A stretch of DNA of 64,000 bases from contig VGOW01000015.1 of assembly GCA_016875735.1 (NCBI GenBank), forward strand, positions 2,311-66,310, read 5' to 3'. Positions 51,332 to 59,024 of the stretch are shown in pieces. The notes beneath the pieces were generated by a model. The model did no database searches and was not told where the DNA came from. It worked only from the letters and a program-made list of their open reading frames with translations. Origin of the DNA: Chloroflexota bacterium (GTDB taxonomy: Bacteria > Chloroflexota > Anaerolineae > Anaerolineales > VGOW01). A program made the position numbers and the translations under genes. Positions within the stretch are counted from its first letter, which is position 1, and each line of letters opens with the position of its first letter.

Positions 51332-51946
51332 TTACACGGCGGCGCGCTCGGCGAGGATGAGCAGGGCTTGGGCGCGGCGGGGGTCGCCTTCGTGTTCGGC
51401 TTGCGAGGCGGCCAGAGCAATGATATCGGGCAAGTGATGCAAAACGTCGTCGAGGCGTTGGCGCATGGCGGCGGAGGGGTCGGGGGCGCACATGATTTCT
51501 TCGAGGAGGAGGGTTGCTTGCCGAGCGTCGCCGCGAGTGATGTTGAGGGCGGGCGTGGAACGGAGCGGCTCGACTGAGCTCGCCGAAGTCGGCGCGGCGT
51601 GGCGAAGTGTGTCGAGATAGGCTTGTGTTTGCTGTGCGCCGACGGGGCATCCGGATTGGATGAGCCACGGGGAGGATGGGCCGCCAGCGACTCCGGCGGC
51701 GAGGTTGCGGCGGAGCCGCGCGCGCGAAGGGTCGAGGCCGACTTGGCTGGCGCGTTGGTAAAAAACGTCGGCGGCGGGCGTGTCGTTGGCGGCGAGGTAA
51801 CAGTCGCCCAGCGTGAGCAGGGTGTCGAGGTCTGTCGGATCGGATTCGAGCAATCGAAAGAGGAGCCGGATCGCTTCGACGGGTTTGTTGGCGGTGAGTT
51901 GGGCGAGGGCGCGCTCGCGCAGAAGACGATGATCGGTCAGAGTCAT
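51332..51946 (-). CDS. 204-aa TPR-like/helical protein
   Basis: ATG 51946. 'KPVEAIRLLFRLLESDPTDLDTLLTLGDCYLAANDTPAADVFYQRA' is TPR-like. The C-terminal about 60 aa share a helical motif with both giant GT proteins. The longer tracked ORF (to 52402) overlaps the FGE-like gene and is rejected. Confidence 0.5.
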   Translation of the reverse strand: MTLTDHRLLRERALAQLTANKPVEAIRLLFRLLESDPTDLDTLLTLGDCYLAANDTPAADVFYQRASQVGLDPSRARLRRNLAAGVAGGPSSPWLIQSGCPVGAQQTQAYLDTLRHAAPTSASSVEPLRSTPALNITRGDARQATLLLEEIMCAPDPSAAMRQRLDDVLHHLPDIIALAASQAEHEGDPRRAQALLILAERAAV

Positions 51947-51951
51947 GCGTG

Positions 51952-52755
51952 TTACCCGATGGCGATGCGAAAGCCGATGGTGGTCAAGGCCACGTCGGGG
52001 GGAGCGCCTTCGCGCGCGGCGCAGCGAGCGAGGCGGTGCGAATACATGTACGACCCGCCGCGCACGGTGCGCGGTCCTTGGGCGGCCGGGTCTTCGCGCC
52101 CGTCGTTGGCATCGTAAGGGTAGGGAGCGAACAGACTGTTTGTCCACTCCCAAGAGTTGCCGCTGAGGCCCACCACACCGAAAGGGCTGTCGCTGGCCGG
52201 GGAGTGCAGGAAAACCGGCGTGGTGACTCGGGTGTAGGCCTCGATAGTGTTGATGCGATAGGGGTTGAAGTCGGCGCCCCACGGAAAGAGGCGGGCGTCG
52301 TCGCCGCGGGCGGCGCGTTCCCACTCGGCTTCGGTGGGCAGTCGGCAATTCAGGCCAGTGATGCCGCTGAGCCACGCGCAGTATTTTTGCGCGGTGTGCC
52401 ACGATGCGGACACCACCGGGTGCTCGCCTTGCCCTTCAGCGTAAATGAGGCCTGTCCAACTGCGCGGGAAAGGCGCGCCGGTGGATTCGACGAAGGCAAG
52501 ATATTGGACGTTGGTGACTGCGGTGAGGCCGATGGCGAACGCCGGGACGTGGACCTTGTGTTGAGGCTGCTCATCGCGAAAGAAATCGAAACGCTCCGAG
52601 CGCGGCCAGTCCGGCTCCGATTCGAGTTCGATGATTTGAAGGTCGCTCGTGCCCAACGTGACGGCGCCATCCGGGATGCGAACGGCTTTTATTCCGGTGC
52701 GATCATTCGGCAAATCAAATATCGTGCTGGCGACAGTCTGCACGCTAAGAGTCAT
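51952..52755 (-). CDS. FGE-sulfatase (SUMF1/EgtB-C/PvdO-like) domain protein
   Basis: ATG 52755. 'HKVHVPAFAIGLTAVTNVQYLAFVESTG','CRLPTEAEWERAARG','GNSWEWTNS','VRGGSYMYSHRLARCAAR...IGFRIAI' are typical of the family, but the canonical FGE Cys pair is not evident. Confidence 0.75.
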   Translation of the reverse strand: MTLSVQTVASTIFDLPNDRTGIKAVRIPDGAVTLGTSDLQIIELESEPDWPRSERFDFFRDEQPQHKVHVPAFAIGLTAVTNVQYLAFVESTGAPFPRSWTGLIYAEGQGEHPVVSASWHTAQKYCAWLSGITGLNCRLPTEAEWERAARGDDARLFPWGADFNPYRINTIEAYTRVTTPVFLHSPASDSPFGVVGLSGNSWEWTNSLFAPYPYDANDGREDPAAQGPRTVRGGSYMYSHRLARCAAREGAPPDVALTTIGFRIAIG

Positions 52756-52764
52756 GTCGAGTTG

Positions 52765-52797
52765 ACAGTAGCACGCTGGCCGAATGACGTCAGTAAA
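52765..52797 (-). promoter_or_regulatory. Promoter-like element TTTACTGACG-N17-TACTGT upstream of the FGE-like gene
   Basis: Minus strand ctTTTACTGACGtcattcggccagcgtgcTACTGT, with the ATG only 9 nt after the -10 element (near-leaderless). Confidence 0.4.
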
Positions 52798-53319
52798 AGA
52801 GCCGTGAAGAGGCTGTGAAAGTCGGCTGAAGATGGACGGCGGCGGCGCGCGGTGAAAGCGGTTCAGTTGCGCCGCCGGGCAGTATCGCGGACGAGGCGGA
52901 AGGTGACGAAGGAGTAACCGTGATCGGCCAGCGCCCCGTGACATTCATGCGAGTCGCGCCGGGCCATCAACCATGATGGAGCGACGATCTCGGCCATGCC
53001 GTTGCCGTGGCGCGAGTCATCGGTGTCCACCCATTCACTCAGGCATCCGCCGGGGCAGGGGTGTTCGGCGCAACTGCTTGACCAGCACGGCCAGGGGTGA
53101 TGTTCGCCGAGGTCTTGCTTGGCGAGCAGTTGTATTTCTTCCAACGTGGGCAGGCGGTAGCGCGAACCGTTCCGCCTTCACGCTCTTTTTACTCAAGGTT
53201 TAGACCATGCTTACAGACTTTGAGGGTTGAGTAGCGGTAAAAAGGTAGCGTGCTGGCGCGCCTTGCGGCGCACGGGTGAGACTGATGCCCAGCGCATTTG
53301 AGAGCCTGAGTGAGCCAAT

Positions 53320-55566
53320 ATGAATCTAGTATTTGATCTTGCCGAAGATGAGTTGCAGGTGTGGTTGGTTGAAGCGGACGAGCACCTGCAAATGTTGGAT
53401 GAAGGTTTCGTTCAATTAGAACGGCTGGGCGACGACCCCGAATTGTTGCAGGCCATCTTCAGAGCCGCGCACACGCTCAAAGGCTCGGCGGGCGTGATCG
53501 GCCACCGGCGCATGGCTGAATTAACCCATGCGCTCGAAACCGTGATGGACGGTTTGCGCAAGGGCACATTATCGGTGACTGTCGAAGTGGTGGATACCTG
53601 CCTCGAAACGCTCGATGTGCTCAAGCTCCTCCGCAATGAAGTGATCGAGCGCGATTCGAATCCGGTGGATGTGGCTCCGCTGGTGGAACATTTGACTGCT
53701 ATTGGCAAACAAGCCGCCCCGATCTCGCCCGCTCCCTCCAGCGGAAACGGATCCAATGTTGCCTCTGCTCCTCAAAATGGGAAGAGCGTCTCGACTCCGC
53801 GAGTGGTTGTTGTCCCGGCCACTTCGGTGAAGCCGCCTCGCCTCGCAGCTAAACCCAATGGCCGCAAGAATGGCAATGGCCGCAAAGGCCGCAAGAATGG
53901 CAATGGCCGCAAAGGCCGCAAGAATGGCAAGTCCAGCGGGCGGAAGAATGGCCGGGTCAGGGCGGCGAAGGTCGCCGGGCGGAAAACGGTAAAGGCGGCG
54001 CTCCTTCAGAGACAAAGGGCTCCTGAGGCAGTGGCCGAAGACTCTCTCACCCCGCTTGTGTCCGTTTGCGTTGACATCGCTCCCGATAGTGTGGCTTCGG
54101 CGGCGCGCGCATTTCAAGTGCTCATGGCCTTGCAATCGCTGGGCGATGTGCGCGACCTTCAGCCGCCGCAGTCGGATATTGAATCGGCTATGCCGGTTCC
54201 TCGACTCACTGCCTCGCTCGCTACCGAGCATTCTATTGAAGAGGTCGCCTGCGCGCTCAAATCCGTTTCGGAGGTTACGCGTGTCGCCCTCAATGGTGAG
54301 GCGGTTTTTTGCGTAGCCGACACTGCTCCCGCTCAGATTGCCGACGCTCAGAATGTGGCCGAGAGAGCCAAGAGCCGGGTGGCCGAGAAAACAGTGCGCA
54401 CCAGCGTGGAGCGATTGGATTCGCTGATGGATCTGGTGGGCGAACTGATTACCGATCGCAATCGCTTGAATCAGATTCGGGTTGACTTCGAGTCGCGTTT
54501 CCGCAGCGATGATCAAGTGGACAATTTGGTGCAGACGGTGGTTCATGTGGGCCGCATCACCGATCAGTTGCAAGAAGAGGTGATGCGCATTCGGATGCTG
54601 CCCGTCTCCAGTGTGTTCAACAGGTTCCCGCGCCTGGTGCGTGACTTGGCGCGCAAGGCGGGCAAAGAAGTTGAATTGGTGATGCGCGGCGAGGATACGG
54701 AATTAGATCGGTCGGTGATCGAGGAGATCAGCGACCCGCTGGTGCATTTGCTCCGCAACTCCATCGATCACGGCCTTGAGTCGCCAGCCGATCGCGCCGC
54801 CGCTGGCAAGCCAGCGCGGGGCACGGCGCTGCTCACGGCCCGCCACGAAGAGAACCACATTATCCTGACGGTGGAGGATGATGGGCGGGGCATCGATGAG
54901 CAGAAAGTGAAGGCCAAAGCCCTGAGCAAGGGTTGGATCACGGAAGCCGAGTCGGCCTCCATGTCGCACGACAAGGCTATCGATCTGATCTTCCGGTCGG
55001 GTTTGTCCACCGCCACAACTGTCACCGATATATCGGGGCGCGGCGTGGGGTTGGATATTGTGCGAGCCAACATCGAGCGGCTCAACGGCAGTGTGGTGGT
55101 GGAGACTTGGCCGGGAAAGGGAACGCGATTCCAGATCGTTCTGCCGCTTACGTTGGCGATCGTCCCGGCGCTGTTGGTGAAGGTGGGGCAGGCAACGCTG
55201 GCTGTGCCGCTGGTGACGGTGATGGAGACTCTGCGGGTGCCGGTGGAAACGGTGCGCACGGTGACCACCAAGCCCGTCATTCAGCTGCGCGGGCATGTGC
55301 TGCCGCTGGTGCGGTTGAGCGAGGTGTTGCAGTTTGCCGTGCCGCCCAGCAAGCGACGATACGAATACGTGGTGGCTGTGCGCTGGGGGAAGTTGGAAGT
55401 GGGGTTGATGGTGGACACGTTGGTGGGCGAGCAAGAACTGGTGATCAAGTCTTTGGGCGCTCTGTTAGCCGACACACCCGGTGTGTCGGGGGCGGCCATT
55501 TTGGGCGATGGGCGGGTGGCGTTGATTATTGATGTGCCCAGCCTGTTCAATCTGGCCGGATCATGA
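53320..55566 (+). CDS. cheA: Chemotaxis histidine kinase CheA
   Basis: Hpt 'FRAAHTLKGSAGVIG', dimerisation and HATPase domains ('HLLRNSIDHGLE','DDGRGID','GRGVGLDIV'), and a CheW-like C-terminal domain. Confidence 0.95.
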   Translation: MNLVFDLAEDELQVWLVEADEHLQMLDEGFVQLERLGDDPELLQAIFRAAHTLKGSAGVIGHRRMAELTHALETVMDGLRKGTLSVTVEVVDTCLETLDVLKLLRNEVIERDSNPVDVAPLVEHLTAIGKQAAPISPAPSSGNGSNVASAPQNGKSVSTPRVVVVPATSVKPPRLAAKPNGRKNGNGRKGRKNGNGRKGRKNGKSSGRKNGRVRAAKVAGRKTVKAALLQRQRAPEAVAEDSLTPLVSVCVDIAPDSVASAARAFQVLMALQSLGDVRDLQPPQSDIESAMPVPRLTASLATEHSIEEVACALKSVSEVTRVALNGEAVFCVADTAPAQIADAQNVAERAKSRVAEKTVRTSVERLDSLMDLVGELITDRNRLNQIRVDFESRFRSDDQVDNLVQTVVHVGRITDQLQEEVMRIRMLPVSSVFNRFPRLVRDLARKAGKEVELVMRGEDTELDRSVIEEISDPLVHLLRNSIDHGLESPADRAAAGKPARGTALLTARHEENHIILTVEDDGRGIDEQKVKAKALSKGWITEAESASMSHDKAIDLIFRSGLSTATTVTDISGRGVGLDIVRANIERLNGSVVVETWPGKGTRFQIVLPLTLAIVPALLVKVGQATLAVPLVTVMETLRVPVETVRTVTTKPVIQLRGHVLPLVRLSEVLQFAVPPSKRRYEYVVAVRWGKLEVGLMVDTLVGEQELVIKSLGALLADTPGVSGAAILGDGRVALIIDVPSLFNLAGS
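53860..53930. repeat. 2.6 copies of a 27-bp in-frame tandem repeat in the cheA linker
   Basis: ggccgcaagaatggcaatggccgcaaa repeated, encoding 'GRKNGNGRK GRKNGNGRK GRKNGK'. Confidence 0.9.
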
Positions 55567-55588
55567 CTCTACGAGAGGAATACATTGC

Positions 55589-56215
55589 ATGGCCGAAGCA
55601 CCAGTTGGCGTAGACGAGCAAATACGGGTTCTCCTGCAAGTAATGGCAGGCGAGGGGATTCGCAAGGCGGCGGAGGGATTCTCTGGCATGTTGGGTGAGG
55701 AGTTGTCGGTGTCTCACTCGCAAGTTGTGTTGATCCCGTTGGTTGAAATTCCCATGCTGCTGGGCGGCCCGGAGGCCGAGTCGGTGGGCATCTATCTGCA
55801 AGTGCATGGCGAACTCGGCGGGCAGATGATGTTGGTGCTGCCGTATCAGAAGGCAATGGAGTTGACCGATCTGATGATCGGCGCTCCGGTTGGAACGACC
55901 ACGCATTTAGGCTCGCTGGAGCGCTCGGCTTTGGCCGAAGCCGGAAACATTACCGGCACGTTCTTCCTCAACACGGTGGCCTCGCTCACCGGGCTGGGCG
56001 CGCGCCCGTCGCCGCCCGCTGTGATGGTGGATATGGTCGGCGCCATCATCGACATCATCATCGCCGTTTCCGGGAGCGTGAGTGATCATGTGTTGATGAT
56101 CAGCTCGTCGTTCTTGCGGGGTGGCAGAGAAGTGGAAGCCAGCTTTTGGGTGATTCCCGATGTGGCGACGCTGGAAGCCTTTGTCAAACACGAGGCGGAA
56201 TATGACCGGGGATAG
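55589..56215 (+). CDS. cheC: CheY-P phosphatase CheC
   Basis: 'IRKAAEGFSGMLGEELSVSHSQVVLIPLVEI' and 'ALAEAGNITGTFFLN' (E-x2-N motif). Followed by cheD. Confidence 0.8.
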   Translation: MAEAPVGVDEQIRVLLQVMAGEGIRKAAEGFSGMLGEELSVSHSQVVLIPLVEIPMLLGGPEAESVGIYLQVHGELGGQMMLVLPYQKAMELTDLMIGAPVGTTTHLGSLERSALAEAGNITGTFFLNTVASLTGLGARPSPPAVMVDMVGAIIDIIIAVSGSVSDHVLMISSSFLRGGREVEASFWVIPDVATLEAFVKHEAEYDRG

Positions 56216-56690
56216 TTTGACGGTTGGATTGGGTGAGGTCAAACTCAGCCGCGATCCAAGCGATGTGCTGGTTGCTTACGGGTTGGGCTCCTGTGTGGGG
56301 ATCGGCATGTACGACCCGGCGGCAAAAGTGGCCGGGCTGTTGCATGCGGTGCTGCCGGAGCACAATAACGGAGCCGACCCCGCCTCCTCGAAGTACGTGG
56401 ACAGCGGCATCAAAGGCCTGCTGAATCAACTGGAGCGGATGGGCGCAGATCGCAAACGATTGATCGTGCGCATGGTTGGCGGCGCCAACATGCTCACCGC
56501 GCCCGGCTTCCAACAGACTCTGAGCATCGGCGACCGCAACGTGGCTTCGGCCCGTGCGGTTCTTGCCAACCTCAATCTCAGGATTCGAGCCGAGGAAGTG
56601 GGCGGCAACGTCGGGCGCACTATGCGGCTTTACGTGTGCGATGGACGAATGACTATGCGGATGCTTGGCGGGCAGGAACGAGAAATCTGA
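56202..56690 (+). CDS. cheD: Chemoreceptor glutamine deamidase CheD
   Basis: 'LVAYGLGSCVGIGMYDPAAKVAGLLHAVLP' (catalytic Cys/His context) and 'SIGDRNVASARAVL'. Confidence 0.85.
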   Translation: MTGDSLTVGLGEVKLSRDPSDVLVAYGLGSCVGIGMYDPAAKVAGLLHAVLPEHNNGADPASSKYVDSGIKGLLNQLERMGADRKRLIVRMVGGANMLTAPGFQQTLSIGDRNVASARAVLANLNLRIRAEEVGGNVGRTMRLYVCDGRMTMRMLGGQEREI

Positions 56691-56742
56691 ACGACACCCG
56701 GCGCCATCGAGCGCATCACACTAATCTAAGGAGAAACATCTG

Positions 56743-57099
56743 ATGCCCAAAATACTTATCGTGGACGACGCCGAGTTCTTGCGCCTGCGCATCTCCAAGA
56801 TGCTGACCGGCAACGGTTTCGATGTCATCGAAGCCGACAACGGCGCGGTTGCGGTCAACCGCTACAAGGCCGACAAGCCCGATGCGGTGCTGATGGATAT
56901 CACCATGCCCGAGATGGACGGCTTGGCGGCGCTCAAAGAGATCCGCGCTGGCGACCCGAACGCCCGGGTGGTGATGCTCACGGCCCTCGGACAAGAGACG
57001 ATAGTGCTCGAAGCGATCAAGTCGGGCGCGAAAGACTTCGTGGTGAAGCCGTTCCAGCCGGAACGGGTGATGGCGGCTCTCACCAAAGCCCTCGCCTGA
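56743..57099 (+). CDS. cheY: Chemotaxis response regulator CheY
   Basis: 118 aa. 'KILIVDDAEFLR...DAVLMDITMPEMDGLAALKEI...AKDFVVKPF'. Confidence 0.92.
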   Translation: MPKILIVDDAEFLRLRISKMLTGNGFDVIEADNGAVAVNRYKADKPDAVLMDITMPEMDGLAALKEIRAGDPNARVVMLTALGQETIVLEAIKSGAKDFVVKPFQPERVMAALTKALA

Positions 57100-57124
57100 C
57101 AGCGCTCGGCAGAAACGAACTCGC

Positions 57125-58222
57125 ATGTTGACCTTAGAGCGAAACAGCACAGAAGCGCAGGCTAGCCCCGTGCGGGTGCTGGTGGTGGACGACTCCGCCT
57201 ACATGCGCTTCACCATCTCCAAATATTTGGGTGAGGCGGCTGGCATCGAAGTGGTGGGCACGGCCCACGACGGTCATGAAGCCCTGCGTCTCATCCCCGA
57301 ACTTCAGCCCACGGTGGTGACGCTGGATATTCAGATGCCGCGCATGGATGGCTTGACTGCCCTGCGCGAGATCATGGCTCGCCACCCCATGCCCGTCGTC
57401 ATGCTGAGCAGCCTCACCACCGAAGGCGCGCAGGAAACCGTGCAAGCCCTCACTTGGGGCGCGGTCGATTTTGTGACCAAGCCCACCGCCAAAGCCAACG
57501 TCGCCGCCATCATCGACGAAGTGATCGCCAAAGTTCGCGGCGCGGCGTGCGCCCGCGTGTGGCCGACGAAATCCACTGCCGCACTGAAGGCCGCCGCCCG
57601 CAATAATGGCGGCCTCGAGTCGCGGCTCGGCGTGAAGACTCCGCGTCGGATGAAATCGTCCGACAAAGTGGTGGTCATCGGCACCTCCACCGGCGGCCCG
57701 CGCGCCCTCAACGCTGTTGTCCCCAACCTCCCCGCCGATCTGGCGGCGGCAGTGCTCATCGTCCAGCACATGCCGGTGGGATTCACCAAGTCGCTGGCCG
57801 AGCGGCTCAACAGCGTTTCACTATTGGCCGTCAAAGAGGCCGAGAACGGCGACCATTTGGAAGTGGGCCGCGGCCTGCTCGCGCCCGGCGGCTTTCACAT
57901 GATGGTGGACGACAACGATCTTGTCTCTCTCAACCGCAACCCCACCGTGCACGGGGTGCGGCCAGCGGTGGATGTGACCATGGCCTCGGTGGCGCAACGC
58001 TACGGCGCGTCGGCCATCGGCGTGGTGCTCACCGGCATGGGCCGCGACGGCACCAACGGCGCCTCCCTCATTCACGGCTCGGGCGGCCAAGTCATCGCCG
58101 AAGACGAATCGACTTGCGTAGTGTGGGGAATGCCGCGCAGTGTGGCCGAAGCCGGAGTGACCGATGCCGTCGTGCCGTTGGATGGCGTGGCCGAAGCCAT
58201 TGTGCGCGCCGTGAATTCCTGA
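57125..58222 (+). CDS. cheB: Protein-glutamate methylesterase CheB
   Basis: REC domain plus 'VVVIGTSTGGPRAL...IVQHMPVGFTKSLAERL...GMGRDG' catalytic Ser/His/Asp context. Confidence 0.92.
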   Translation: MLTLERNSTEAQASPVRVLVVDDSAYMRFTISKYLGEAAGIEVVGTAHDGHEALRLIPELQPTVVTLDIQMPRMDGLTALREIMARHPMPVVMLSSLTTEGAQETVQALTWGAVDFVTKPTAKANVAAIIDEVIAKVRGAACARVWPTKSTAALKAAARNNGGLESRLGVKTPRRMKSSDKVVVIGTSTGGPRALNAVVPNLPADLAAAVLIVQHMPVGFTKSLAERLNSVSLLAVKEAENGDHLEVGRGLLAPGGFHMMVDDNDLVSLNRNPTVHGVRPAVDVTMASVAQRYGASAIGVVLTGMGRDGTNGASLIHGSGGQVIAEDESTCVVWGMPRSVAEAGVTDAVVPLDGVAEAIVRAVNS

Positions 58223-58243
58223 GGTGGGCAGAAAGATTCGTCT

Positions 58244-59023
58244 GTGGAACAACAGGTTTACTCGCAAGTCAAACGCTCCATCAAAACCATCCTCGACATC
58301 GACCTCGAGCACTACAAAGACGAGCAGATGAAACGCCGCCTCGACTCGTGGCTGGTTCGGTCGGGGACGCCGTCGTGGACGGACTACTTTCAGCGGGTGC
58401 GCGCCGACACCATTGAGCTCGCCCGCTTCCGCGACTACCTCACCATCAACGTCTCATCCTTTTTCCGTGACATCGAACGCTGGCAAACCCTGCGCGCGCA
58501 GGTCATGCCCACATTGCTCGCCCATCGGCCCCGCCTGCGCCTCTTCAGCGCCGGCTGCTCCATCGGACTCGAACCGTACAGCCTTGCCATCCTTCTCGAT
58601 GAAATCACGCCTGCGCGCCGCCACTACCTCCTCGCCACCGATCTCGACCGGGGCGCGTTGGGCAAAGCCCGCGCCCGCGGCCCCTACACCGTCGAAGACA
58701 CACAAAACATCACATCTGCCCAGCGGCAGGCGTATTTCGATCCGGGCGGCCCGCCGCTCTTTGTCACCGACTCGCTGGCCAAGCGCATCACCTTCCGCGA
58801 GCAAAACTTGCTCGAGGACGACTTCGAGAAAGACTTCGATCTCATCGTCTGCCGCAACGTGGTGATCTACTTCACCGAAGCGGCCAAGAAAATTCTCTAC
58901 AAAAAATTCTACGACGCCTTGCGGCCCGGCGGCGTGCTGTTTGTCGGCGGCACCGAAATCATTCCCCGCTCGCAAGAAATCGGATTCCGCGGATTCGGAG
59001 TCTCTTTCTATCAGAAAGCGTGA
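58244..59023 (+). CDS. cheR: Chemotaxis methyltransferase CheR
   Basis: GTG start. 'YLTINVSSFFRD','LRLFSAGCSIGLEPYSLAILL','DLIVCRNVVIYF'. Confidence 0.9.
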   Translation: MEQQVYSQVKRSIKTILDIDLEHYKDEQMKRRLDSWLVRSGTPSWTDYFQRVRADTIELARFRDYLTINVSSFFRDIERWQTLRAQVMPTLLAHRPRLRLFSAGCSIGLEPYSLAILLDEITPARRHYLLATDLDRGALGKARARGPYTVEDTQNITSAQRQAYFDPGGPPLFVTDSLAKRITFREQNLLEDDFEKDFDLIVCRNVVIYFTEAAKKILYKKFYDALRPGGVLFVGGTEIIPRSQEIGFRGFGVSFYQKA

Positions 59024-59024
59024 C

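Noticed and set aside
52863-53144. 93-codon Cys/His-rich ORF (TTG start) between the FGE-like gene and cheA. Its tail 'LSEWVDTD...APSWLMARRDSHECHGALADHGYSFVTFRLVRD' loosely resembles the C-terminal end of an FGE-sulfatase domain.
   Set aside because: There is no ATG or GTG start, no SD, and an in-frame stop 12 codons upstream of the TTG start. The similarity to the FGE C-terminus was judged by eye and is weak. It may be a domain remnant or noise, so it is not reported as a gene. A profile search (FGE-sulfatase HMM) would settle it.
33794-53930. The tandem repeats at 33794..33901 and 53860..53930 were considered as possible CRISPR or minisatellite elements.
   Set aside because: They are head-to-tail with no spacers, lie in frame inside flaG and cheA, and encode sensible peptide repeats. 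They are not CRISPR arrays.
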